A stretch of 64,000 bases of DNA from Octopus bimaculoides (GCF_001194135.2 NC_069003.1:33407815-33471814), one strand, 5' to 3'. Positions 47,701 to 61,139 are shown, numbered from the stretch's first letter. Translations and numbers: made by a program. Notes: generated by a model from the letters alone, not told the origin.

Positions 47701-49054
47701 GAACCGGGAAATTCTCGAAACAAACCTCACTTGTTGCCCCTTTTAATGAATAAAACACAAAAAAAAGGAGATTTCCGTATGCATATACACAATACAATAG
47801 TATAACATATATTATCTATCTATCTATCTATCTATCTATACATATGCACATGTACACAACTGCAGACCGTTGTATGGGCTCAATAGTTAAGAAGTTCGCT
47901 TCGCAACCATGATGTCTTTTGTTCGATACCACTGCCTCGGGTCCACTCATTCCATGTAAGTGAAATCTAGTTGACGGAAATTGCACAGAAGCCCGTCGGG
48001 TGGATTTGGTACCTGTAACTGAATATAGGTATCGATGATTCTACCCAACATTTACTTCAAGGGTACACGTTTCTATGGAATACTCAGCCAGGTATTTCGG
48101 TTGATCGAACACCTGAATCCTCGTCGTGGAACAGCTAAAATCCACCATCACCACGCACAAACTCTCCCCCCTCACACACACATCCCTGCTGTTAAAGGAA
48201 TTTAAGATGAATCTATTTTCATTCCACTCTGAATATTTGTTCTTCCAGAAGACCTCCACTACTAGTTTCCTCCCGTTCTATTGTTTAACTCGAAACTTTT
48301 CAGTGAAAAGCATTTAAAAAATATATATATATATACTGGTTGTTAAATAGATTAACTGGCGATCCTTCGATATTGGTCTACAGAGTGTTGGTATGAAGAG
48401 ACGACGTCATTCACACTCATTCAACCTAGCCTCTTTATGTCATGAGGGAAGGTTGTGTGGGTGAATGACGTTGTGTACCAATACCGAAGGAATGCCAACT
48501 TAGTTATATATACTGGCTATGGTGTATAAAGATTGCGACTAGAAGATTAAGAGTGGAAGACGAGCAAAACGACGAAAGACTTGTGTGACTAATGCTTAAA
48601 AGACAATCTTGTTCTTTTTGTCTAACGTTTTAAAAACCATCTCTGTCTAATCTTTAAAATATTCTCATGGTTGTAAGAAGTAACAACGAAAACATATTCT
48701 TGCAGAAATCAATGAAGCTACAAATTTCAGTAGAATGTGTCCAGTTGTTTGGTGCAAGCCTTGAGTGTGACTTGGGAAGTGAGACTTGAGTGCTGCTCAT
48801 GTCTTGCATACTTTTGTCTGGTACTAAACGCTATGAGTTTATCACATATATATAGAAACCATACTGGAGTCTGGTGCAGCCTTCCAGCTTGCCAGACTTG
48901 ATCAAACCTTCCAACCCATGCCAGCATGGACAATGCACGTTAAATGATGATGATGATATATGTATATATATATAAACAATATGGCCAGAAGTAACCCATT
49001 CTACAAAAGTATAGAGTAACCCATTATTATAACTAAACATATAAACAAACATTA

Positions 49055-49218
49055 GAGTGGCTGTGTGGTAAGTAGCTTGGTTACCAACCACATGGTTCTG
49101 GGTTCAGTCCCACTGCATGACACCTTGGACAAGTGTCTTCTGCTATAGCCTCGGACTGACCAAAGCCTTGTGAGTGGATTTGGTAGATGGAAACTGAAAG
49201 AAGGCTGTCGTATATATG

Positions 49219-49249
<31 letters not shown>

Positions 49250-49453
49250 ATATGTTTGTGTGTCTGTGTTTGTCCCCCCAACATCGCTTGACAACCGATG
49301 CTGGTGTGTTTACGTCCCCGTAACTTAGTGGTTCGGCAAAAGAGACCGATAGAATAAGTACTAGGCTTACAAAGAATAAGTCCTGGGGTCGATTTGCTCG
49401 ACTAAAGGCGGTGCTCCAGCATGGCCGCAGTCAAATGACTGAAACAAGTAAAA
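49055..49453 (+). mobile_element. Full-length SINE family A copy
   Basis: tRNA-like head, ccttggacaagtgtcttc CORE-like segment, internal (TA/TG)n and tail ccagcatggccgcagtcaaatgactgaaacaagtaaaa. Other copies lie near 15177-15510 (inverted pair), 29010-29225, 33300-33455, 43460-43950, 57290-57560 and 63350-63500. Confidence 0.85.
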
Positions 49454-50850
49454 CAGTGTGAGTGTGTGAACCGTTGTGGCCCAATGGTTAGGGTGTTGCA
49501 CTCATGATCATTAGGTCGTAGTGTTGATTCCTGGAGCAGGTGGTGTGTTGTGTTTTTGAGCAAACCCCTACATTTCTCATTGCTGCAGTCTACTTATTTG
49601 TAAATATTTAACCCTGCAACGGACTGGTTCCCATTTAGGGGTTGATGACAATGATGATGATAATGGCAGGCTTTTATTGCTTTCTATGAACCAAATCCGC
49701 CCACAAAGCTTTGGTCAAGCTTACAATGACAACCAGCTTAGAACCACATGATTGGGAAACCAACTTCTTCATCATATAGCCATACCTGCACTTATCATAT
49801 ATCCACACACACACACACACACATACATCACCTGTTAGTCCATGCTGATGTGGGTCGTACAGGTATTTGGTATGGTATATCACTCTTCTTTCAGTTGCGA
49901 AACCTCACATCTCACCTTACCCTTCATCGCAGTTATCATTCATTAATCTTCCATTGACACCGATATCACTCATTAACAGGTTTCATTCATTAGTCTTCCT
50001 TTGACTCCTGTATCATTCATTAGTCTTCCTTCATCACAGATATTATTCTCTGTGAGATCTTAGTACCAAGTGTTATCTATTGGCATTCCACAGTCAATAG
50101 CACAGTCACCTCTTCTCTTCCAAGCCAACTGATTCTCCAAGCCGTTGCCAACAGATGAATTGTGTTCTGTTTTTTTGCCCGAATTTTACTTAATTAGCAA
50201 AAAAAAAAAAAAAAATCAGACTGGATCCTGGCACAGCCTTCCAGTGTGCCAGCCCAGTCAAACTGTGCAACCGATGCCAAGATGGACAATGGACATTAAA
50301 TGATGATGATGAATATAACTAAGTAACGTGACATCTCTTTGGACCTGAAGTATTTTGGGGGTTCATTTGGCACATGAGCACAGCTAGAAAGCCAAATGAA
50401 ATACATATATACCAATCTGGTTTGGCATGGCTTCTATGGATGGATGTCCTTCCTAACGCCAATCACTCCAAGAGTGTAGTGGGTGCTTTTTTACGTGACA
50501 CCAGCATGGCTGCCATTGACGTGACACCGGCATCGGCCACATGCTTGCATGATGCTTTTTATGTGCCACTAGCACGGGTGCCAGTCAACTGGCACTGGTA
50601 TTTGCCACAGCTATGATTCGAATATTATTTTAGCAAGTTTAAAGTGATTTCTTTTGTGCTGTAAACCATTTACCATTTCTGTGATGCCCCTCCCTTCCCT
50701 TGATGCCTTAAGCACATGCCTATTTGCCTAATGGTTAATCCATAATTGGTAGTACACATATCAATGAATAATGGTATGATGCCAACATGTGTTGTTCGTA
50801 GAAAAGTTGGGGTAAGCCTCAGCACTACATTATCCTGTTATTGGTCTGGA

Positions 50851-50881
<31 letters not shown>

Positions 50882-51149
50882 AAGTCTGTGACCCAAACAA
50901 AGCATGTGTTTGTCGGAATCTTGATTAAGTATGAGAAGAGTAAAGAATAGAAATAAACAAACGTTTTTAAGAATGTTGTAAGAGATAAGAGCAAGGAAGT
51001 ACATGTTTTCTATGTTCACTCGGAGCATTGTCAAATTATATACACGTGTTGAGTATTACATTAATGAATATATAGAGATAGACAGATTTAATATCAAAAA
51101 TACCAGAGAAACGTAATCCTGAAAGGATAAGTCTGTATGTGTGGAAGGC

Positions 51150-51770
51150 AGTGATTTTACTTAGCTTGGCACATCTCAAGTACAGCAAATCCCCACATCT
51201 CCCGGTCCCTTTTCATTTCTTCAGTGAGGCCCATTGTCCGAAGATCCTTTCTCACCACTTCGTCCCACGTCTTTCTGGGTCTACCCCTTCCACAATTAGA
51301 ACACAGCACTTCTTTATGCAGCTGTTCTCATCTATATACATCGCATGACAAAACCAGTGCAGTCTCCTCTCTTGCATACAACATCTGATGCCTCTTGTAC
51401 CCAGTTTTCCTTTTAAATCATTTACATTCTCTCATACATGCACACTGACTTTACCCATCCAGCAGAGCATGCTAGCTTCATTTATTTCAAGCCTTCGTAA
51501 GTTCTCTCTAATCAAAGCCCATGTTTCACTAACCATGTAACATAGCTGTATGTACACAGGCATCATACAATCTGCCTCTCACTCTGAGGGAAGGGCCCTT
51601 AGTTACCAACAAAGGTAGAAGCTCTCTGAACTTTGCCCAGCTTGTTCTTATTCTAGCAACCACACTTTCAGAACTCCCTCCACCACTGCTAACTTGATTT
51701 CCTAGGTAACAGAAGCTATCTACTATTTTTACTGATCCCCCTGAGCATTTGAAGGAGTCTATTGTCTGCA
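51150..51770 (-). mobile_element. RTE LINE RT fragment
   Basis: ORF 51529-51771 IVDSFCYLGNQVSSGGGSSESVVARIRTSWAKFRELLPLLVTKGPSLRVRGRLYDACV, plus a downstream GRPRKTW-type segment. Confidence 0.88.
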
Positions 51771-52574
51771 TTTTTAGTGTTTATTGTACTCTTTTTATCT
51801 ATTTTGCTACATAATATAAATCTTGCCAATGAGGCCAACACGAGCTTTGGAGTCTGTTTGATCATTTATGTATGTATGTATGTGTGTGTTTCTGTCCCTT
51901 TGTCTCGACATCACAGAGTAGTTGTAAAAGCGTGTACAAGTGGAGTGCCTTTTTCTAGTTTTCTGTGGAAACATATCTGGCCATGGGGGAAGTATTACCT
52001 TACCTGGAGACAGGTGAAGATTTGCAACAGGTAGGGCGTCCAGCCATAAAAAAGTCTGTCTCGGGAATTCTGCCTGACACATGCAAGCATTGGAAAAATA
52101 GATGTTAACACTTTAGCCTTTAATTTGGCCATATCCGGCCCAACTATTCTATCTGTTTTATGTTAAAAGTGACCGGATCCAACTTTTCACACCTACCCTA
52201 CAATATCATTCTAAAAATATACAAACACACCATTAAAATCTTGAAGCTACAAAATGAGGTGTGATTAATTCCAAGCAATGTGAATAAATAAGCAATACAT
52301 TTGACCAAAAAATCTGAATCCCGAAGGGTTAAAACTGGCTCACGTGCCAGTGGCATTTAAAAAGCACCATTCAAGTCTCAGTAAATGGCAAATTACATGA
52401 AGTCGAGGTAGTAAATGACAAAGGAAAAGTTGAGAATCATTAATAAGGAATTCTCTCTTTGTTGGAAACAGTGATTGGACAGACCTGTGATGGAAGCCCT
52501 CTGTCTGTCTTTTTGTAGATGATGTACTAAATTCTTTCGTGTATTCTACCTGTTTGCAGACGTGTGTGTATGTA

Positions 52575-52970
52575 TCATCATCATCATCGTTTAACGTCCG
52601 CTTTCCATGCTAGCATGGGTTGGACGATTTGACTGAGGACTGGTGAAACCGGATGGCAACACCAGGCTCCAGTCTAATTTGGCAGAGTTTCTACAGCTGG
52701 ATGCCCTTCCTAACGGCAACCACTCAGAGTGTAGTGGGTGCTTTTACGTGTCACCCGCACGAAAACGGCCACGCTCGAAATGGTGTCTTTTATGTGCCAC
52801 CCGCACAAGCCAGTCCAGGGGCACTGGCAACGATCTCACTCGAAAATCCTACGGGAGCCAGTCAGGCGGTACTGGCAACGACCACGCTCAAAATGGTGCA
52901 TCTCATGTGCCACCCGCACAAGAGCCAGTCCAGGGGCACTGGCAACGATCTTACTTGGCTTGCCGGGTCT
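52575..52970 (-). mobile_element. RTE LINE 3' UTR with internal tandem repeats of about 60 bp
   Basis: (CAT)n then gtttaacgtccgctttccatgctagcatggg..., with repeats of atgtgccacccgcacaagccagtccaggggcactggcaacgatc. Confidence 0.75.
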
Positions 52971-53595
52971 TGTATGTATGTATTTATTTATTTATGCATG
53001 TATGTATGTATGTATGTGTGTATGTCTGGTTGTTTGTATATATATATATATATATTTTTAATATATATATGTATATGTGTGTGTGTGTGAGTGCGTGTAC
53101 ATACGTATGTAAAAATGGATGTATGTGTGTGTATGTGTATCTGTTTATTTATGAATAAATGAATGAATACTTTTATCACACAACATAATCTGCCACTGGA
53201 AAGTTACTGTATCTGCAGTACATACATACATACATACATACATATATGCGCATGCAGTGAGTGTATGTGTGTGTGTAAACATACATATATATATATGCAT
53301 GCATATATATATATATATGTATGTATGTATGTACTTACAAATACAAAATACCTTCTGTGATATGAACCAGAACGTTGTCAAACAGAGCATATCCTTAATC
53401 ACATGATAAAAGTAACAACGGAAAAGAAATTACAGAATACAATTTAACAATTTCAGACATAGGAAAAATTAGGACCAAGATAAATAAAATTCTGTATCCA
53501 ACAAGATTAATTATTAAACTCGTCAAGTTTTCTAAAATCTCTAATGTTTGTTCGTTAATGCAGGTGTCTTCCATAAACGAGATTTAAAAGGAGAG

Positions 53596-54010
53596 ATGGC
53601 AGGTGCATGGACCAGCTATTTGTTATGTCTGGTATTGCTAGCGTGTTTGTTGTGTCGGCCTCCTTGTGTGTGGACCACTCAGATGGAAGGTACTGGCTTC
53701 TACACCGACAATGGCCTGGAACAGTCCGTGATGGTCAGCCGGATCCCACATCGTGTGAAGAAGGAATTTCAACAAGAAATACTCACCTTGATGGGGTTAC
53801 ACCACAAACCGAAACCGCGAGCTCCTGGTAAGGAGACTTCTGCTCCCCGCTTCATGATCGATCTGTACAATAAGCTGCATGGTTCAGGGGCCAGTGGGTC
53901 CATTGAAGATGATGATGAGGATGAACATCCCCACTTCTTCAGCAGAACTTTAGAAAATGAAATGCCTAAACTCAACAGTTCTGATGTTATCATGAGTTTT
54001 GTCAACCATG
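53596..54010 (+). CDS. BMP5-8: BMP5/6/7/8 (gbb/60A) subfamily ligand, first coding exon (signal peptide and prodomain start)
   Basis: Hydrophobic signal peptide, FYTDNGLEQSV, KEFQQEILTLMGLHHKPKP, SAPRFMIDLYN and SDVIMSFVNH; donor CAT G|gtgagt at the phase-1 position conserved in BMP5/6/7; acceptor aatgcag| at 53563. No further exons found in the window. Confidence 0.9.
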
Positions 54011-54023
54011 GTGAGTAATTTAC

Positions 54024-54072
<49 letters not shown>

Positions 54073-54300
54073 CATTTAAGGTATCAATCTGGCAGAATTG
54101 TTAGCACGCCAGGCAAAATGCTTAGTGGCATTTTGCCCTCCTTTGATTCTGAGTTCGAATTCTGCTGAGGTTGACTTTGCCTTTCATCCTTTTGGGGTCG
54201 ATAAAATAAGTACTAGTTGAACACAGGGGTTGACGTAATCGACTTATCCCCTCCCACAAAATTGCTACCCTTGTGGCAAAATTTGAAACCATTATTATTA

Positions 54301-54341
<41 letters not shown>

Positions 54342-54849
54342 GTTATTATTATTTATTAAGGTGGCGAGCTGGCAGAACCATTAGCATGCTAGGCATAATG
54401 CTTAGCAGCATTTCATCCTGCTTCACATTCTGAGTTCAAATTCTGCCGAGGTCGACTTTGCCTTTCGTCCTTTCAGGGTCAATAAACTAAGCACCAGTTG
54501 AACCCTGATACAGAGATAGTATGGGTCAGGCATTGAAGTTGATGTAGTTTTCCCCTATTCACATTCTGTTAATTTACTTTATTGTTTTACCTGTAAAGGC
54601 AATTGTATAAGAAAACAGTCGAAAGGAAGTATTGAACTAAAAAACATGTTAGTTTTAGAACTGTTAAATCACTGAAAACTGGGTCATTGGATTTGCTTGT
54701 ATTACACTGCTGGCAAAACACTTCTGTTATGATAGGAGAGTTGGACAAGAGTTCAGGCCTCAGTAAGAGAAAAAAAAAATGTTGTTTGATCCGGAGGTTG
54801 TAAAATCAATAGTGATCTTTATATGCTAGATTATAAAGAAACTGCTGAA

Positions 54850-55490
54850 ATTTGGGGAAAAAATAGGGCAGTCATGGTTGGAATGTCTTTGATCACAGGT
54901 TTAATGAGGTCCCTTGACCCTTCAGCTGTAAATTGTTCCAGTAATGATGTTATATATCTACCCAAAAAATAGAATTGATATTTTCTGCAATTCATGTTGC
55001 CCCAATAAACTTGACATATCTCAACAGAAAATAGTTCCAAGCATGACATTCCCCAGCAAAAGATAGATTGGTGAATAAAACTGCTTTCTGCAGTTAAGGG
55101 TGATGAAATTTTGATAGGATATATTTCTGATTTCTGCAGCAAAAGGGTTAAAATAAAAATAGGAGACATTGGATAATGTGGTCCTGAATTCAGCTTGTCT
55201 GGAAAAAAGGTAGGACAGTCATGGGTGGAATGACTTTGATCTAACTGTAAATTCATGATTATTCCAATAATAATGTTAAAAAGCTACCAAGAAATAGAAT
55301 TGATTTTTTTTCTGCAAGTCACGTTGCCACAATAAACTTGACATGTCTCAACAAAAAAATAGTTCCAACCATGACATTCCCCAGCAAAAGATAGATTGGT
55401 GAATAAAACTGCTTTCTGCGGTTAAGAGTGATGAAATTTTGAGTGGATATATTTCTGATTTCTGAAGCAGAAGGTTTAAAAACCAAAGGA
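54850..55490. repeat. Direct tandem duplication of about 330 bp in the BMP intron
   Basis: aaatagaattga...catgacattccccagcaaaagatagattggtgaataaaactgctttctgc... occurs at about 54966-55152 and 55292-55480, and the upstream cagtcatgg..ggaatg.ctttgatc is also duplicated. Confidence 0.85.
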
Positions 55491-57889
55491 AAGACACGTT
55501 AGGTAATGTAGTCCTAGATGAGATTAGCCAGTTGGAACAGTCAACTGGGGGCTGACCTGGGACAAAAGCAACAGCAACTATTTATTCATATCAATTAAGG
55601 TCATTCAGTTTTGCTGTTAGTATTGTCAAATAGTTTCCCCCCCCCCCCCCTCGCTGTGGGGAGAGCAGCTGACCTGTTAGTGGTTACTGGTCAGTTCAGA
55701 TCATCAAGGTCACTACTTCCTCTAAATACATATCTGTTTCTTTACTATGTCTGTGTGTCTGATGGGTGAATGAATGAGTAGTGTGTCTGATTGTGAATGA
55801 ACTAAATCTACAGGATATAAATGATCTACTTAGAGGTAATCTGAGAGAGAGGACATCCTCTCCTGGTTTGGTTTATATACAAACATCTGTGTGCATTTGT
55901 GTGTGTGTATATGTGTGTGTTATACTGTGTTTGTACTATTGTGTATGTTTGTGTTGTACCGTGTATGGACTATATTGTGTGTGTGTATGTGTGTTTGTTC
56001 ATTTGTCCTTTCTGATATGTTGTTTTTGTTGACACACTCCACCTGAGCCTTACAGAATGTTATAGACTGCCTTTGTTCCGTGTTTCTCAATTCTCCTGGG
56101 GTTCTGTAATGGAGGAGATTAACTCCATCCAAATTTCATTCCAGGCGTTTCTATTTTATAAATTTTCTGTCACATTTTGTGAACAAAAGGGTTGTTAGTT
56201 ACTGGTCAGCAGCAGGCCAGTGACTGGTTTGCAGTATTCTGAATGCCGAGAGCAATGAGGGAGTGCCTGTAGTTCAGTGTTGAACAAATATCTCCTGTGT
56301 CTTCATTTCAAAAGAGATAAATACCACAAGGCATTTTGTCCCTGCTCTACCAAATCACAGTAATTACATCTACAGGATCAGCCATGCGCGACAAGCTCAC
56401 TTCCTCATATTCTTTTCTACTCTCAGCACAAGGCCTGAAATTTTTGGAGAGAGGGCCAGTCCATTAGATTGATTCCAGTACGTAACTGGTACTTAATTTA
56501 TCAACCCCGAAAGGATGAAAGGCAAAGTCTACCTTGGCGGAATTTGAACTCAGAATGTAAAGACAGCTGAAATACCGCGAAGCATTTCGCCCAGCCTGCT
56601 AACGTCTCTGCCAGCTCACCACCTTATCTTGGTACCATATATTCTTTTCTACTCTAAGCACAAGGCCCGAAATTTTTGGGGAGGGAGCCAGTCGATTCGA
56701 TCGACCCCAGTATGCAACTGGTACTTAATTTATCGATTCTGAAAGAATGAAAGGCAAAGTCGACCTTGACGGAATTTGAACTCAGAACATAAAGACAAAT
56801 GAAATACCCCTAAGCATTTTGCCCAGCATTGCTAACATTTCCGCCAGCTCACCACCTTCTCACTTCCTCATATTGTGACGGGTGTGGTCCTTCAATGACA
56901 CATGACATGGATGCAGTGTGTTTTTTTCTTTCTTTGCTTCTAAAGCATGCAACAAACTGACTCATCTAGCCATTATTATTATTAGATTAGTAATAATGGG
57001 TTACAGAGCTATTTTCTGTGTATTCTTTCTTCATAGATTTTGAAGAAATATTTGACCCAATATTTTTAAGGCAAGATGTTAACAAATGGAAAGAGGAAAT
57101 GTTTCTCATGGTACATTTTTAGTATTTTGAATATATTTTATAACTATTAACTATTGTAGCCTTCAATATCTGAATTGTGTTGTGATGTGTGTGAACATAT
57201 TTGTCCGCATACGTGGTCAATATTTGAATACATTTTGTATTACTATTAAAATCACTGACATTTAAAAGAATTTGTGTTGTTATATATAGGTGCAGGCATG
57301 GCTGTGTGGTATGAAGTTTGCTTCCCAACCACATGGTTCTGGGTTCAGTCCCACTCCACTGCACCTTTGGGCAAGTGTCTTCCACTATAGCCGCTCAAGC
57401 CAGCCAAAGCCTTGTGAGTGAGTGGACTGGTACATGGAATCTGAAAGTAGCCTGCCATGTGTATATATACGACTTGTGTTTGTGTGTTTACGTCTCTGTA
57501 ACTTAGCAGTGCTCCAGCATGGCCACAGTCAAATGACTCAAACAAGACAAAGAATAAAAGAACAAATATTATTAGGAATTGAACAATAAAAAAAAAAGAA
57601 ATTAAAATATTTTGTGTGTAACCAATTTATTGCAGATGAATTTTAACAAACAAATCCTTATATGGACCCCCTAAGGGCCATATAGACCCCAGTTGAGAAA
57701 CTCTTGTTTTAGACAATTCCTCAAAATGAAAAAAAATTTTATGAATTTGAACTTGGGGGCTAAAAGAATCGGAACCATTACACATGCTGTCAACCAAATA
57801 AACTCCCTTCAGACAAACAGAAGGACCTGATTCCTTTGTTTTGTCAGTTGGATAGAGTTCAGGTGGTAGTATTAGTGGTGACTCTAGAA

Positions 57890-58449
57890 TCAATTGTGTA
57901 TGGGTAATAGTACAGTTATCTGTGATAGTGGAGGTGGTACAGCTAGTTTTTGTGATGGTGGTACTACAATTAGCTGTGGTGGTTGTAGTGGTGGCACATC
58001 TTGCAGTGGTGGTGGTGGTGGTGGTATTAGTGGTGGTAATAGTACAACAGCCCTTGGTGGCGGTACAACATGGTGTGATGGTGGTGGCATTTGTGGTAAA
58101 ACTTGCTGTGGCAGTGGTGGTGGTGGTGGTACCACATGCTGTAGTATTAATATTAGTAGTAGTAGTGGTGATGGTGGTGGTATAACTTGGTGTGGTGGTG
58201 GCAGTATTAAAACTTGTTGAGGTAGTTGTGGTGGTGGTGGTAGTAGCAGTAGTAGTATAACTAGCTGTGGTAGTGGTGGTGGTATTAGTTGGTATTCGGC
58301 CAACAAAATCATTACAGCAGTAAATAGTGAGATGCCTTGTTTAATTAAAATAACATTTGCCTGTTCCTCTTGTTTCTCTTTACTGTTTGGTGGTAATGGT
58401 GGTAGTGGTGGTGGTGGTGGTGGTGGTGGTGGTGGTAATGGTGGTGGTG

Positions 58450-58450
<1 letters not shown>
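57890..58450. repeat. Degenerate (GGT/AGT/TGT) triplet tract with a higher-order period of about 24-30 bp
   Basis: Direct reading of the sequence; it ends in a (GT)n microsatellite. Confidence 0.8.
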
Positions 58451-58523
<73 letters not shown>

Positions 58524-59039
58524 TAGCTCCAGGTCAGCCCTCATCAAGCAGATATATGATTAAAAGCATTCCAAACATGACCTACCACATCATCCTTTTT
58601 GAATGGTGGAATGAGACTTGAAAGAGATTTGGCTGCTATTTCTAGCAACTCACAAGACCACGTAGTGGCGCCTTTGACTGTGGTGGTTGTGGTGACGGTG
58701 TATATGATAAGAATGGTTGTGTGTTGATTACTATGGTTGTTCTGTATAGGAAATGCTAAATAGTGTGTATGGGTACGTGATGGGGTGTGTAATTACCAGT
58801 TGCAGTTATAGGTGACAGAGGTACAATTAATGGGGTATATGTTGTGGTATGGGCTTCTGGTGATGGTCGTATGTAGAGGTAACATATGAGTGTTCTGTAG
58901 GTATGAGAGAAGGGGTTTGTGGTGTGTGTTTGCTGATTGTCACTGCGATTGGCAATGTTACCAAAATTACAGACGGAAACAAGTGTTTTACTAAGAGCTG
59001 TGTTTAGCTCCACTACACTGGGACTCTACCTGTTAGCTG

Positions 59040-59342
59040 ATCCAATGGACCACCTGACAGGTAGCATCCCCGAAGAATATGCTGTAGATTTGAAACTAAT
59101 TTATGTCTAGATGACACCTGTGTGTCTTTGTGCCATCTTTCTAATTTCTTGAGATGCTCACAGTCCACTTGCAATGGACCCACTGACAGGTAGAATCTCT
59201 GCTCACAGCCCCCTTCCAATGGACCACCTGACAGGTAGAATCCCTGAAGACTGTGATGTAGATCTGAAACTAATTTACGCCTCGGTGACTCCGTGTGTCT
59301 TTGTGCCATCTTTCTAATTTCTTGAGATGCTCACAGCCCCCT
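59040..59342. repeat. Tandem duplication of about 120-175 bp
   Basis: ccaatggaccacctgacaggtag...gtgtctttgtgccatctttctaatttcttgagatgctcacag occurs twice, with a partial third copy between. Confidence 0.85.
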
Positions 59343-59649
59343 TGCACAGATTTGTGTATTATAAGTAAAGGCAAAGTTACCTTCTTGATCAGTGCCAACT
59401 CCTAAGGGCTGGTTTCCCAGTTTCATGGTGAAAATATTCCCCACCTGGACAGGATGCCAGTCTGTCACAGGATTACTGTTTTTTTGGCCAGCTGAGTGGA
59501 CTGAAGCAATGTGAGATGAAGTGTTTTGCTCAAGAACACAACAGGTTTCCTGGTCCAGGTATTGAAACCACAATCTTATGATCACGAGTCCAACACCCTA
59601 ACCACTAAACCATGTGCCTCCCCATTTGTAATTTATGCTCTGTATGAAA

Positions 59650-59863
59650 TACCGTATTTTCCAGCATACAAGTCAACATAGTGTATAGTGTACACATGTA
59701 GTGTAAGCATTCAAACATCAACACAATCTTTCCAAATCCTGTTGCATTTCACATGGAGTTTTTGGTTCTCCAAATTAGTTTTAGTGTATAAGTCAAACTA
59801 CCTTTTTTGTTTGGCTGTAAATTTGATCTGAAAAATTTGACTTGTATGCTGGAAAATACAGTA
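59650..59863. mobile_element. pogo/Tc1-type MITE
   Basis: Near-perfect 25-bp TIRs TACCGTATTTTCCAGCATACAAGTC / GACTTGTATGCTGGAAAATACAGTA with TA ends. Confidence 0.85.
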
Positions 59864-60684
59864 TGTACATATATAAGACAGAAAGATGCAATCTGAAAGA
59901 GATTTAGCTGCTATTTCCAACAGGTCTAAAGATCATGTAGTGATTTCCTTTGTTGACTCATACATACAATATTTTCCAATATACAGCTTGACATAGTATA
60001 TAGCATGAATATGTAGCATAAACACCACTGCAATGAATATATGAATCTGAGGGGGGAATATGTTGAATAAAATCATAAGTAACTGATCCTTCTGTATTTT
60101 CCTTTTATCCAAAGCCAGGAACTTTTCAGCACCCATTTTGCATCTTGCAAACCATGTGGAGTCATACAAAGAACTTATACCTACATAAGTACACCTATTG
60201 CTAGCTCCTCGTGTCCATGTGTAATGTTTGAACTCTTGGATTCCCTCTCAACCTGCAAGACACACCGTTTGCACCCATTGCTGGCATCAGTACACACTCC
60301 TTTCCTGTGTATCCAGCAGAGTCACTTCCGAGATGATACAGTTTACCAGCGCTTTTCTTTCACACACACACACACACACACATTATGCCCATGCCCACAC
60401 CCATGCCCACTTCCTTCATTTCTTCAACCCTACCCAAAGTATTCCATGTTTTTCTGGCTGAATAATTTAACCATCTTAAGATTTCTTTTCATTTTTCTTT
60501 CCCCCTCATTTTTTAAAATATATTTCCACCTTCTCATGAAATAACTGTACTTGGTTCACATTTCACTATTTGGGACACCACTCTCCCTCTCTCCCTCTCC
60601 AACATCATACTTCTGTTACATACCCCTTTCTCTTCTCTTCCTCCACTCCCTCATCTTTCTTGTGTGGCCTTGTGCCACTTAGAA

Positions 60685-60767
<83 letters not shown>

Positions 60768-61139
60768 GATGGTGAGTTGGCTGCTGGGCAAAATTCTTAG
60801 CAGTATTTCGTCTGTCTTTATATTCAGAGTTCAAATTCCGCTGAGGTCGACTTTGCCGTTCATCCTTTCAGGGTCGATAAATTAAGTACCAGTTGTGTAC
60901 TGGAGTTGATGTGATTGACTTACCGCTCCCCACAAATTTTAGGCCTTGTGCCTATAGTAGAAGAGATTATTATTATATTTCAAATTCCACCATGGTCAAC
61001 TTTGTCTTTCATCCTTTTGAGGTCGATAAAATAAGTACCAGCTATGCACTGGGGTCAATGTAATCAACTTAATCCCCTATCCCAAGCTGCTCTTGTGGCA
61101 AAAGTTTGAAATCATCATCATTATTTTGTTTTTGTCTTT

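Noticed and set aside
52643-53158. Overlapping ORFs of 107-171 aa
   Set aside because: They lie in an RTE 3' UTR repeat plus microsatellite and recur wherever this repeat occurs.
55816-55837. Possible BMP micro-exon ctacag|GATATAAATGATCTACTTAGAG|gtaatc
   Set aside because: Phase 0 start does not match the phase 1 donor at 54010, and the peptide does not resemble a BMP prodomain.
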